From Bacillota bacterium (lineage in GTDB: Bacteria > Bacillota > SHA-98 > UBA4971), in the NCBI GenBank assembly GCA_014360195.1, contig JACIXY010000003.1, forward strand, positions 17,100 through 81,099: a stretch of 64,000 nucleotides of DNA. The letters are read 5' to 3'. A program made the translations under genes and the position numbers. The notes below the pieces were generated by a model that saw only the letters and a program-made list of their open reading frames with translations, ran no database searches and was not told the DNA's origin. Shown one piece after another: positions 54,251 through 64,000 of this stretch. Position 1 is the stretch's first letter. Every line of letters begins with the position of its first letter.

Positions 54251-54910
54251 ATGCCATTTCTCGCGAGGGCATATCGCGTGCTGGGCTACGAGATACCCGA
54301 GACCCTCGTCACGACGTGGGCGATCATGGTCGTACTCGTCGTCGCGTCGCGCATCGCGGTGGGGTTGATGCTGTCTCGCCCGCCTGAGCAACCGCCGTCT
54401 GGAAAGCGCCTCGTGCCTGAGCTTGTGTACGAGGCTGTCCAGTGGCTCGTGGACGGGACCATGGGCAGGGAGAACAGGGGATTCATACCGTACATAGGTA
54501 CGCTCGCACTGTTCCTCCTGGTCGCAAACCTCACGGGCCTCATCGGAGTTGCACCGCCCACCGCTGACCTCAACACCACCCTCGCCCTCGCCACGATCAC
54601 GTTCGTGAACATCCAGTACTACTCCATCCGGCGAAAGGGGATCGTGGCGTACCTCAAAGGATTCTTCGAGCCTGTGGCATTCCTCGCCCCCTTGAACGTC
54701 ATAAGCGAGATCGCCCTGCCGTTCTCAATGGCATTCCGCCTCTTCGGCAACATGCTCGGGGGGGCCATCATCATGGGTCTCCTGTACTCGGTGCTACCGG
54801 TACTCGTGCCTGTTCTCCCCCACATGTACTTCGACATCTTCGCGGGGGTCATCCAGACGTTTATCTTCGTGATGCTCACGATGACTTTCATTGCGAGGGC
54901 GATGGACTGA
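54251..54910 (+). CDS. atpB: F-type ATP synthase Fo subunit a
   Basis: Conserved stator arginine block SMAFRLFGNMLGG and the overall five-to-six-helix a-subunit layout. Confidence 0.9.
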   Translation: MPFLARAYRVLGYEIPETLVTTWAIMVVLVVASRIAVGLMLSRPPEQPPSGKRLVPELVYEAVQWLVDGTMGRENRGFIPYIGTLALFLLVANLTGLIGVAPPTADLNTTLALATITFVNIQYYSIRRKGIVAYLKGFFEPVAFLAPLNVISEIALPFSMAFRLFGNMLGGAIIMGLLYSVLPVLVPVLPHMYFDIFAGVIQTFIFVMLTMTFIARAMD

Positions 54911-55507
<597 letters not shown>

Positions 55508-55583
55508 TAGCGGTCGGCGCAAGACCACATACCACGGTCGGCCCGGCGCCCACGCCAATCTGCACAGCGTATGGACATGGACA

Positions 55584-55605
55584 GGGGGAGCCACCAGGCT
55601 CCCCC
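55584..55605. terminator. GC-rich hairpin between convergent atpE and the NCS2 permease gene
   Basis: GGGGGAGCC-acca-GGCTCCCCC, with no clear T-tract on either strand. Confidence 0.45.
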
Positions 55606-55695
55606 AAGAACGCAATTCCTCTTGAGCCTCGTTAGCATTGCGCCGCCGGCAAACGTTACCTGCTCCTGGACCGGCGGGAATCGATGGACAGGGCT

Positions 55696-56949
55696 TCAGC
55701 CTTCCTGGCCTTTTCCGGCCTCCCTTGGCAGGATCTGGTTCAGGATGATGCCGATGATGGCCGCAAGGCCGATCCCACCGAACTGGAGGTTCCCCCAGAT
55801 CTTCACCATAGCGCCGCCGATACCAACTACCAGCATAATGCTGGCGATGAGCAGGTTCCTCGGCTGCTTCATGTCGACCTGGTTCTCGACGACGGTCCTT
55901 ACGCCGATGGCGGCGATCATTCCGAAGAGCACAATGGAGATGCCGCCGATGACCGGCTCGGGAATGGTCCTTATGGCCGCGCCCAGCTTGCCGATGAACG
56001 CAAGCAGAATCGCCATAATCGCGGCAACCCTCATGACCTCGGGCTTCCAGACCCGGGTGAGGGCGAGCACTCCGGTGTTCTCCGAATACGTGGTGTTTGC
56101 AGGGCCTCCGAACAAGCCTGCGAGGGAAGTCCCGATGCCGTCGCCGATGAGCGTACGGTGGAGCCCGGGATCCTTGACGAAGTCATCCTCGACAGTAGCC
56201 CCGACAGCCAGCACGTCCCCGACGTGCTCTACCATCGTGGCTACTGCCACCGGGGCTATGAGCCCGATGGCCGCCGCATTGAACACGGGCCACGTGAAGT
56301 GAGGCATCCCGACCCACGCTGCCTCGACCACGGGCCTCGTGTCCACTATGCCCCATATCAGGCTGACGATGTACCCCACGACTATCCCCGATATGACCGG
56401 AAGGAGCCGCAGGAACCCTTTTACGTAAAGGTTCACGAAAGCGACGGTCGCAAGCACAATGAGCGCGATTATCCAGTTCTTGCTGGCGCTTCCGATGGCC
56501 ACGGGGGCAAGGTTTAGACCGATGACCATTATGATCGGCCCGGTCACAACCGGTGGCAAAAGGGATTCCATGAACTTCGGGCCCACGAAGTATATGATCA
56601 CCGCGAGGACACAGTACAGTAAACCTGCTACGATGATTCCGCCCTGCGCCGCCGAGTTCCCCATCTCCTTGATCACGAGCGCGACGGGGGCGATGAAGGC
56701 AAATGATGAACCAAGGAATACCGGGACCCTTCGTTTCGTCACAAGATGGAACCACAGGGTCCCGATGCCAGCCGTAAAGAGCGCCACGCTCACGTCAAGC
56801 CCTGTGAGCAGTGGCACCAGGACCGTCGCGCCGAACATGGTGAACGTGTGCTGGAGACCGAGAACCAGAAGCTGAGAGAAAGGTAGCGGGTCTCCGGGCC
56901 TTATGGGCCCCCTGACTTGCGCCTTCACAGTCGGCTGGGTGCTTGCCAC
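55696..56949 (-). CDS. NCS2-family nucleobase (uracil/xanthine) permease
   Basis: 417-aa polytopic protein (LLVLGLQHTFTMFGATVLVPLLTG ... NTTYSENTGVLALTRV), typical of UraA/PyrP/PbuX transporters. Confidence 0.88.
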   Translation of the reverse strand: MASTQPTVKAQVRGPIRPGDPLPFSQLLVLGLQHTFTMFGATVLVPLLTGLDVSVALFTAGIGTLWFHLVTKRRVPVFLGSSFAFIAPVALVIKEMGNSAAQGGIIVAGLLYCVLAVIIYFVGPKFMESLLPPVVTGPIIMVIGLNLAPVAIGSASKNWIIALIVLATVAFVNLYVKGFLRLLPVISGIVVGYIVSLIWGIVDTRPVVEAAWVGMPHFTWPVFNAAAIGLIAPVAVATMVEHVGDVLAVGATVEDDFVKDPGLHRTLIGDGIGTSLAGLFGGPANTTYSENTGVLALTRVWKPEVMRVAAIMAILLAFIGKLGAAIRTIPEPVIGGISIVLFGMIAAIGVRTVVENQVDMKQPRNLLIASIMLVVGIGGAMVKIWGNLQFGGIGLAAIIGIILNQILPREAGKGQEG

Positions 56950-57017
56950 GGATCTCTCCTCCCTTCAAATCTGCTGTCCGCTACAGGCCATCTCCGTCCA
57001 GGTGGTTGAGTCAACGC

Positions 57018-59354
57018 CTACTTTTGCCTAAGGGCCCAATAAACGTTCTCCGACGTCATGGGAAGACGCTTCACCCGGACGCCCACCGCGTGGAACAGCG
57101 CATTAGCGATGGCAGGCGGCGTCGGCACCATGACGTGCTCCCCAATACCCCTCGCTCCGTACGGTCCGTCTTCCTGCGGAACCTCGACAAAGCCTACCAG
57201 CATCTCCGGGATTTCAGCTGCTGTCGCTATTTTGTAGTCAACGTAGGACGGGTTCAGCAGCTTGCCCCTTTCGTCAAACTTCATCTCCTCGAACAGCCCG
57301 ATGCTTAACCCCTGCACAACACCTCCTTCAACCTGAGATGTGGCCGTCACAGGGTTGATGACGCGCCCTGCGTCGTACACAGCCGCCACTTTCTTGACAT
57401 CGATCCTCCCAGTTTCGAGGTCCAGTTCGATCTCGACCGCCTGGGCCCCGTAGGTCCAGTTCGCCACGGGTTTAGGACTCTGGCCTGTTTCGGCATCCAT
57501 TGCCACAATTCCTTCTGGTATGAACTTGCCCCGACCGACGACCGGGCCACCATAGCCGCTGAAATCCGGAAGCGTGGCACCAAGAGCAAGCGTGCCCACG
57601 GGGACACGCCTCGACGGGTTACTCTTCACGAACACCTCGCCATCGACCACATCTACGTCCTCAGCGGGGACACCGAAGTATCTGGACGCGTGATCAATAA
57701 GCTGCCTTTTGGCATCCCGGGCGGCCTCCATCACGGCGCGGCCGCAGGAGTATGTAATGCGGCTTGCCACCGTTTGCCACTCGTACGCGCCGTGGTCGGT
57801 GTCTACAGGGTATATCCTGATGTCCTCGTACCGGACGCCAAGCTCCTCCGCGCAGATCTGCGCGAGCACCGTGAAGGCGCCTTGACCCAGCTCCTGGGCA
57901 GATATGTTCAGCACGACGGTTCCGTCGTCGTTGAGCTTCACGATCGCAGTCGAGGCGGCATCGTTGGGCATGGCCGGGGCCTTGGTCATACAGGCGATCC
58001 CTTTCGCCCGCACCTTTTTTGTGCCGGGCTCTATCTTCCCCGGGCCTGTCACCTTCGTCCAGCCTATGAGCCTCGCCGTCTCCTCCAGGCACTTGCCGAT
58101 GCCCACGTTGTGAAGGACCTGGCCGGTGGCATTGGTGGACCCCTCCCGCTGGAGGTTAATCATCCGAAATTCCACGGGGTCCATGCCCAGCCTGTGGGCG
58201 ATCTGGTCCATGTGCTGCTCGATGGCCCAGTGGTTCTCGCCGTGGCCGAAACCGCGCAAGGGTCCGCCGACAGGCTTGTTCGTATAGACACAGTAAGAGT
58301 CGGTCTTCATGTTGGGGATGTCGTACACCCCGGCGGAACTGTAACCGGCGGCCCGCGTCACGTTGACGCCGTACTCAGTGTAGGCGCCGCCGTCCCAGTA
58401 CATCTCGAACTCCTGCGCGGTGATCCGCCCGTTCCGCTTCACCCCGGTTTTCAGGCGGCACCACATCCCCTGCCGGACGAACGTGTCCCTGAACTCCTCC
58501 TCCCGCGTGCAAACCAGCTTCATCGGGTAGCCCCTGGCCTTCATCGCCAGAGGAACCAGGGTGGCCTCCACGTTGAGGCCTGCCTTGCCCCCGAACCCGC
58601 CGCCCACGTACGGGCCGATGACGCGTATCTTGTGCATCGGCCATTTGAGGCTCTGGCTGAGTATCTTCCTCATGGCAAAGGGTGACTGGGAGCTTGCCCA
58701 GATGGTCAGCTTGCCCTCTCGATCGTAGAGTGCGATCGCGGCATGAGGCTCGAGCGGTGAGTGCTGAATCTGCGGAACGTAGTACGTATCCTCGACGATG
58801 AGGTCGGCCTCGGCAAACCCCTTTTCCACGTCGCCCTTTCTGATCTTGAAGTGGTTGCTGATGTTCGTATGGGGCACGGGGAATATCGCCGGGACGTGTT
58901 CGTACTCATGAAGGTTCGGATGAACCAGAGGCGACTCGGGCTTTATGGCCTCCAGAACGTCGAGGACGGGCGGCAGCTCCTCGTATTCGACTTCTATCAG
59001 CGACAGGGCCTCTTCTGCTATCTCGGGCGAGATGGCGGCCACGCCGGCGACCGGCTCGCCATAGTATCGCACCTTGTCAACGGCGTACGGGGTTCGGTCG
59101 ACAAGGTACAGGCCCATCCGATAAGGAAAGTCCTTGCCTGTCACGACCGCCTTTACCCCGGGCAGCTTCGCGGCCTTGGATGCGTCCACGCGCACGAGGC
59201 GGGCATGAGCATACTTGCTTCGGAGAAGCTTCGCGTATAGCATCCGGTCGAACTTGAGGTCACCCGCGTATCGCGCAGTCCCTGTCACCTTCTCTCGCGC
59301 GTCGTTGCGCACAACTCCGGCTCCTATGTAGCTTGTCTTCGCTGCCACTGTCAC
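57018..59354 (-). CDS. Xanthine dehydrogenase family molybdopterin-binding large subunit
   Basis: 778 aa with aldehyde oxidase/XDH a/b-hammerhead and MoCo-binding blocks (GGGFGGK, RGFGHGE...). Substrate is not inferable from sequence alone. Confidence 0.9.
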   Translation of the reverse strand: MTVAAKTSYIGAGVVRNDAREKVTGTARYAGDLKFDRMLYAKLLRSKYAHARLVRVDASKAAKLPGVKAVVTGKDFPYRMGLYLVDRTPYAVDKVRYYGEPVAGVAAISPEIAEEALSLIEVEYEELPPVLDVLEAIKPESPLVHPNLHEYEHVPAIFPVPHTNISNHFKIRKGDVEKGFAEADLIVEDTYYVPQIQHSPLEPHAAIALYDREGKLTIWASSQSPFAMRKILSQSLKWPMHKIRVIGPYVGGGFGGKAGLNVEATLVPLAMKARGYPMKLVCTREEEFRDTFVRQGMWCRLKTGVKRNGRITAQEFEMYWDGGAYTEYGVNVTRAAGYSSAGVYDIPNMKTDSYCVYTNKPVGGPLRGFGHGENHWAIEQHMDQIAHRLGMDPVEFRMINLQREGSTNATGQVLHNVGIGKCLEETARLIGWTKVTGPGKIEPGTKKVRAKGIACMTKAPAMPNDAASTAIVKLNDDGTVVLNISAQELGQGAFTVLAQICAEELGVRYEDIRIYPVDTDHGAYEWQTVASRITYSCGRAVMEAARDAKRQLIDHASRYFGVPAEDVDVVDGEVFVKSNPSRRVPVGTLALGATLPDFSGYGGPVVGRGKFIPEGIVAMDAETGQSPKPVANWTYGAQAVEIELDLETGRIDVKKVAAVYDAGRVINPVTATSQVEGGVVQGLSIGLFEEMKFDERGKLLNPSYVDYKIATAAEIPEMLVGFVEVPQEDGPYGARGIGEHVMVPTPPAIANALFHAVGVRVKRLPMTSENVYWALRQK

Positions 59355-59848
59355 TCACCTCCCACCTTCGAGGACTCGGCAGCCCGGGCCGCCTCAGCCG
59401 CCTGCATGATGGCGTCCACGATACGGGCATAACCTGTGCACCGACAGAGATTGCCGCTTATAGCCTCCACAACCTCCTCACGCGTGGGGCTTGGGTTGCG
59501 TACGAGAAGTGCCTTGGCCGACATGATCATGCCCGGTATGCAGTACCCGCACTGCAGCGCCGAGTTCTCGACGAAAGCTTCCTGCACCGGGTCGAGACCG
59601 TCAGCGTCGCCCAGGCCTTCAACGGTAAGGACATCCGCGCCGTCAGCCTCTACGGCAAGCATGAGGCACGCGTTGATAGGCTCTCCGTTCACCAGCACCG
59701 TGCAGGCGCCGCACTCCCCGCCGCCGCAGCCTTCCTTCGCCCCTATGAGGTCGAGGTCCTCGCGAAGGAAATCCAGTAGCCTCCTGTGAGAGGGCACGCA
59801 GGCTTCGACCCATTCACCGTTGACCTTGACGCGTATGTTGTGGATCAT
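59351..59848 (-). CDS. XDH-family [2Fe-2S] small subunit
   Basis: Two cluster motifs: GCGGGECGACTV and QCGYCIPGM ... CRCTGY. Confidence 0.92.
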   Translation of the reverse strand: MIHNIRVKVNGEWVEACVPSHRRLLDFLREDLDLIGAKEGCGGGECGACTVLVNGEPINACLMLAVEADGADVLTVEGLGDADGLDPVQEAFVENSALQCGYCIPGMIMSAKALLVRNPSPTREEVVEAISGNLCRCTGYARIVDAIMQAAEAARAAESSKVGGE

Positions 59849-59868
59849 GGCCTATCCCCCCTCCTGAC

Positions 59869-60732
59869 CTACCTGGCGCGTGCGGCAAGGCCTGCGAGGG
59901 CCTGCTCGATGGCTCTTGCAGTCAGCACTTCGGTCATCTCGAGCCGGTACTCCCTGCTCGCACGGATGTCGCTGATTGGCGCCGCGAGGCGCCTGGCCGC
60001 CGCGGCAGCCTCCTTGATAGCCTCTTTGTCCTTCCGGTTACGAAGGATGGCCTCTGCCTCTCTTACCCTTATGGGTGTAGGCGCAACCGCGCCCAGGGCA
60101 AGGCGGACCTCGCCGCCTTCAAGCGCCAGCGCCGCCACGCTCACGATCGCAAGGTCAACCGCTCGAGTCCTCCCAAGCTTGAGGTACACTCCGAAGGACC
60201 GTTCCTTGAGGATTGGCAGCCTCACCTTGAACACGAACTCGCCCTCGCCGAGCGCCGTGGCCCCGGGGCCCTTGAAGAACTCACCTATAAGGATCTTCCT
60301 TCCCCCGGACGGGCCCCACGTCAGGATCTCCGCTTCATAAAGCAACAGGGCGGGAGCAGTGTCAGCAGCGGGCGATGCGTTGCTGATGTTCCCGCCCAGA
60401 GAGGCACGGTTGCGGATCTGCACCGAACCTACGGTGTGCGCCGCCTCGGCCAGAAGGCCGTATCTGGAGCGCACCAGCTCGTCCCTTATCAAGCGGTTCA
60501 GGGGGGTGGCAGCTCCCACCACAAGGCCCTCGCCGTCGCAGGAGTTGATGGCCTGCATGCCCTCGATCCCCTTCAGGTCTATGACGACCTTGGGACGTAG
60601 CTGCCTGTCATGAATACGCACCAGGAGGTCAGTGCCCCCCGCGAGGAACCTGCCCCCGGCACCGGCCCGCAGAGCCAGGTCCACTGCCTCTTCCCTGCTT
60701 CGCGCCCGGACGTAGTCGAAAGGCAGCAGCAT
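59869..60732 (-). CDS. XDH/CO-dehydrogenase-family FAD-binding medium subunit
   Basis: FLAGGTDLLV FAD-binding signature; length 287 aa. Confidence 0.88.
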   Translation of the reverse strand: MLLPFDYVRARSREEAVDLALRAGAGGRFLAGGTDLLVRIHDRQLRPKVVIDLKGIEGMQAINSCDGEGLVVGAATPLNRLIRDELVRSRYGLLAEAAHTVGSVQIRNRASLGGNISNASPAADTAPALLLYEAEILTWGPSGGRKILIGEFFKGPGATALGEGEFVFKVRLPILKERSFGVYLKLGRTRAVDLAIVSVAALALEGGEVRLALGAVAPTPIRVREAEAILRNRKDKEAIKEAAAAARRLAAPISDIRASREYRLEMTEVLTARAIEQALAGLAARAR

Positions 60733-60875
60733 CGTTCGCCCTCCTTTCTGCGTACTGGTCGCGCGACTTTATGCTCGTTATGTGCCTACTTATGCAAGCA
60801 CCTGAAGATTTCGCTATTTTTTGGCAGGAATCCTTCGTGATGATCAACAAAACGCTTCTCGCAGAAGTAGATACT

Positions 60876-60928
60876 CATCACAACCTTGTGATGGTCTATA
60901 TAGGCTTCCGACTATATGGGCTTCCGAC
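60876..60928. promoter_or_regulatory. Candidate operator cluster upstream of the xdh genes: 18-bp palindrome plus tandem 16-bp direct repeat
   Basis: CATCACAA-CC-TTGTGATG (60876-60893), then TATATAGGCTTCCGAC / TATATGGGCTTCCGAC (60897-60912 and 60913-60928). Set in a locally AT-rich spacer between the cyclase stop and the FAD-subunit start. Confidence 0.3.
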
Positions 60929-60930
60929 CA

Positions 60931-61740
60931 TCATGCCTCCTTCGTGTCGAACGCTACAATGCGGCAGATGGACGACTCCCCGCCCACGAACCTCCATGGG
61001 AAGCAGCCTATGATGAGCCTCCTGTTGAGGACCTTGTCGATGTCCCCGCCCACGTTCTCCGCATGGATTATGTCGTGTGGGAACAGCGCGATGTGCATGA
61101 CCTGGTAGTCCTCGGGGCGGAAGAAGTCGTCGAGGCCTTTGCCGTATCTCTTCCTGAGATGCTCATCGGCCTCCCTCGCCTGGACCGGCATCCACTCGCG
61201 GATCTTCGTGTTCATCGGGTGGTCGGCGGACCCGCAGTCCACGGCGAGCCACTTCAGCTTCATTTTTCTGCACCAGTCGGCGAACTCCCGCCCAGGGCCA
61301 GGGTGCTTGACCATGTACCGCACCTCATCGGCCTCGGGCTGGTCCCATGCGTAATGATGGTAGCCTGTGTGGATGACCAGGATATCCCCCTCGCGCACCT
61401 CGACGCGCTCGGTGATGTCCCGCGACGTATAGATCCCGTAGTCCTCGGCGATGTCACTGATATCCACCACGACCCCCGGGCCCACGAGGTAGTCAAGGGG
61501 CAGGCTCGCTATGTCCTTGCCGTGGGTGCAGAAATGCAGTGGGCCGTCCAGATGAGTCCCCACGTGGTTCGACGTCGTGATGAGCTGCCCGTTTGCGCCG
61601 TTGGGGCTCAGTCGCTTGAAGAACTTGATCTGAAGCGGCTCGTAGGTCGGCCAGGGCGGCGTGAGATGGCCAAGCGGCTGTGTCAGGTCGTACATCTGCA
61701 CCTTATCCCAGAACGACAACATCACAAAACCCCTCCTCAC
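60931..61740 (-). CDS. Cyclase-family protein (kynurenine-formamidase-like metal hydrolase)
   Basis: HxGTHxDxPxH signature (NHVGTHLDGPLHF). Confidence 0.85.
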   Translation of the reverse strand: MRRGFVMLSFWDKVQMYDLTQPLGHLTPPWPTYEPLQIKFFKRLSPNGANGQLITTSNHVGTHLDGPLHFCTHGKDIASLPLDYLVGPGVVVDISDIAEDYGIYTSRDITERVEVREGDILVIHTGYHHYAWDQPEADEVRYMVKHPGPGREFADWCRKMKLKWLAVDCGSADHPMNTKIREWMPVQAREADEHLRKRYGKGLDDFFRPEDYQVMHIALFPHDIIHAENVGGDIDKVLNRRLIIGCFPWRFVGGESSICRIVAFDTKEA

Positions 61741-61764
61741 CTGATTAAGTCTAGATGCTGCGGC

Positions 61765-63177
61765 TCACGCGTACCTCTCGGCAAAGGCCAGAAGCGCTTT
61801 CTCGAAGCACTCCCATGGTGGGGTCACAAGCCCAGCGCCAACCTGTCCTATCCCAGGATCCTTGTGGGCAATGCCCGTGTTTATCTGCGGCAGAATCCCC
61901 GTCTCCACCACCTTTCTGATGTCGATTCCGGTGGGCGTGCCACGAAAGCCCAGGACCGGTATGCTGAAGAACCTGTTCTCTGAGAGTGTGATGCTGTACA
62001 TCCTCCTGGAGAACCCCACCGCATCCTCCGGAGTCCCGCCCACGAACTGCACGATGGGGATGGCGGCCGCCATGGCGAACCCGCCCAGCCCCGCCGTTTC
62101 GGTTATCGAGGAATCGCCTATATCGGGGTTCGCGTCGTCGCCGCCGAATCCGGGGAAGTAAAGCCCCTTCACCTTCTGTGCCGGCCCGGTGAACCACCGG
62201 TCTCCGAGCCCGCTCACCTTGATCCCGAAATCCGTGCCGTTCCTGCTCATGACCGTGACCATAGTGCTTTTCGAGATGCCGTGGGCGGCCTCGAGCATCG
62301 CTTTGGCGGCAGGCATCGAGAGGTTGAGGAAGAAGTGGTCGTTGCCGTTGATGAACTCGAGGACGCGACGGATATCGGAAAGGGGGTAGCCAGTATCGAT
62401 CACGTAGGGCGCTATCGCGCGTATGAAGAGCGAGGTCGCGGCCCTGTTGCGGTTGTGGACCTCGTCCCCCATGTGCAGCGCCTGGGCGATGATGGACTTG
62501 AGATCGATCCCTCCGGAAAGCTCGATCCCCTTCGCAAGGACAGGCGCGAGGACATCGGCCATCCATCGCAGCCTCTCGAGGACCTCCGGACTGTACGCCC
62601 CATACCGCAGGACCTTCCCGAGACCCTCGTTGAGGGTGCAGTATGACCTGTTCCCGGCGGCCCTGTTCTCAATGATGAACACAGGCATGGACGGCGAGAC
62701 GACCCCCGCCATCGGGCCGACAGCGGAGTGCTCGTGGCACGGGGAGAACGCAACCTCTCCACCCGCCGCCACCTTTTCTGCCTCCTCGGCCGACCCGGCC
62801 CACCCCTCGTACATGATCGCCCCGATTACCGCGCCTCTCAAAGGGCCTGACATCCTCTCCCATGTGATGGGCGGGCCCGCGTGGAGCAACATGCGGTCGC
62901 GGAAGCCCGGAACGACGTCGCGCGCCCTCCCGATCCCGACAAGGACCGGCTGCGCGGAGCTATACCTCTCCAGCGCCACGCGGTTGGCCTCGTCGATGTC
63001 CTCCCGGCCTTCGAGGGCATCGAGAGCTCGGATGAGTTCCAGCCTGCCCCGGGCCGGTGGCCGCCACTCGACTTCGTACACGTTCGCGCCCTGATCGCGC
63101 ATGGACCTTGCAAAGACGCTGCTACCGAGATTGACCACTGCCCCTGTGGGAGGCCAATTCTTCACCGTCGCCACCAT
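61765..63177 (-). CDS. DUF1116 (YlbE-like) protein
   Basis: MVATVKNWPPTGAVVNLG...EVEWRPPA... matches my recollection of YlbE/DUF1116, encoded next to fdrA. ATG 63177 follows GGAGG by 7 nt. The track ORF's 179-codon extension overlaps fdrA and is rejected. Confidence 0.8.
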   Translation of the reverse strand: MVATVKNWPPTGAVVNLGSSVFARSMRDQGANVYEVEWRPPARGRLELIRALDALEGREDIDEANRVALERYSSAQPVLVGIGRARDVVPGFRDRMLLHAGPPITWERMSGPLRGAVIGAIMYEGWAGSAEEAEKVAAGGEVAFSPCHEHSAVGPMAGVVSPSMPVFIIENRAAGNRSYCTLNEGLGKVLRYGAYSPEVLERLRWMADVLAPVLAKGIELSGGIDLKSIIAQALHMGDEVHNRNRAATSLFIRAIAPYVIDTGYPLSDIRRVLEFINGNDHFFLNLSMPAAKAMLEAAHGISKSTMVTVMSRNGTDFGIKVSGLGDRWFTGPAQKVKGLYFPGFGGDDANPDIGDSSITETAGLGGFAMAAAIPIVQFVGGTPEDAVGFSRRMYSITLSENRFFSIPVLGFRGTPTGIDIRKVVETGILPQINTGIAHKDPGIGQVGAGLVTPPWECFEKALLAFAERYA

Positions 63178-63301
63178 CACACCCCTCCTTCGCTCCGGAG
63201 TGCGAGTCCTGAGATCTCTGCCACGTTTCCGGGGGTGCCGGTGTCGTGCTCCGGCGACGCCACCCCCGACGAGGCATCTTGACACGATTTGGGCACGCGC
63301 A

Positions 63302-64000
63302 TCACTGCTTACACTCCAACTTGAGCAGTAAAGCCACAAGCTTCGCGGCGGCCTGGTTGGATGAAAGGACCGTTGCACCTGCGTCCCGCAGCACCTTCTC
63401 CTGCCGGGCAAGTCCCTGGGGATCGCCGGAGGTACCCACCAATACCGCGATCTGGACAAGCTTTCGTCTCCCGCGTCTCGCGATCTCCGCCGCCTCGCGA
63501 ACCGCTTCCGCCATGACGCCCGCCGGGTCGGGGTGGCACCCGTACCCGAGGACCACGTCGAAAAGCAAGATCCCGACGTCAGGGTCGCGCGCCTCGCGGA
63601 GGTACCTCGGCACTCGAAGGCCAGGCTCGAGCATGGGATGCGGCCGGCCCCTGGTGAAATAGTCATCCCCCATGTCGATACATGTGTGGGCTTGGCTCGT
63701 CTCCGGGTCCTCAAGGAAAAGCTCCGGCCGCCAGGCCACGTTCGAGTATACGTCTATACCCGCTCTCGCGAGGACCGCCATGGTTTCCTCGCACAGAGTG
63801 CCCCCGCCGTAAAGACCCCTGAGATACCCAGGACTTGCTGTGCCGGCCCTACAGGCCAGACCTGCTGCAAGCTCGCAAGCCATAGCTTCTATTTGCTCCT
63901 GGGGATAGATCTCGCGGCTTCCCCCCTCGCCCGCCAGCGAGCAGGCCTTGACGGCGGCCTCCTCGAGGCTCCCGGCGAACCTGACCTTCCCGGCGCCAAC
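63302..64000 (-). CDS. fdrA: FdrA-family acyl-CoA-synthetase-like protein, C-terminal part (gene continues rightwards out of the window)
   Basis: The reading frame stays open from 63883 up to the window edge (VGAGKVRFAGSLEEAAVKACSLAGEGGSREIYPQEQIEAMACEL...). The C-terminal succinyl-CoA-synthetase-like domain is followed by DUF1116, as in E. coli fdrA-ylbE. Confidence 0.8.
   Translation of the reverse strand, partial: VGAGKVRFAGSLEEAAVKACSLAGEGGSREIYPQEQIEAMACELAAGLACRAGTASPGYLRGLYGGGTLCEETMAVLARAGIDVYSNVAWRPELFLEDPETSQAHTCIDMGDDYFTRGRPHPMLEPGLRVPRYLREARDPDVGILLFDVVLGYGCHPDPAGVMAEAVREAAEIARRGRRKLVQIAVLVGTSGDPQGLARQEKVLRDAGATVLSSNQAAAKLVALLLKLECKQ

Noticed and set aside
63178-63714. 179-codon N-terminal extension of the DUF1116 ORF (track ORF 61765-63714)
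   Set aside because: The extension overlaps the 3' part of fdrA in another frame and is Arg/Ser/Pro-rich. A good SD + ATG at 63177 gives the expected YlbE-like N-terminus.

Overview
This window is a high-GC (judged by eye, not computed) chromosomal segment of a Bacillota-like bacterium. The placement rests on housekeeping synteny: mraZ edge, SpoVS, YmdB-Rny-RecX-RecA-ThpR-CinA, RlmN, PP2C/PASTA kinase, RsgA-Rpe and RimO. The window also encodes diderm-style envelope genes (ExbB-ExbD-TonB plus an SLH/coiled-coil tether resembling Thermotoga Omp-alpha), which would fit a Limnochordia- or Symbiobacteriia-like lineage, though that guess is low confidence. About 60 CDSs are supportable, and nearly all lie on the minus strand. 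Functional blocks are:
- cell-envelope growth signalling (FhaA-FhaB-PP2C-SEDS-PBP-STK)
- a BMP-family ABC importer
- sigma-54-dependent glutamate dehydrogenase
- a sigma-54/AcoR-type controlled 2-oxoacid dehydrogenase operon with a TRAP transporter embedded in it
- an isolated atpI-atpB-atpE module whose only c subunit is a fused double hairpin
- an N-heterocycle (purine-like) catabolic cluster (FdrA-DUF1116-cyclase-XDH-NCS2 permease)

I saw no rRNA, tRNA, CRISPR, transposase, integrase, phage or recognisable defence genes, so this is mostly core genome. The most unusual signal is non-coding: ten intergenic copies of a hairpin-rich element bounded by terminal inverted repeats. It has a short form of about 125 bp and a long form of about 190-210 bp, and its substitution pattern preserves pairing, mostly as G-U on one strand. 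All start codons and regulatory sites were assigned by eye from SD spacing and consensus motifs. No database search or folding computation was run.
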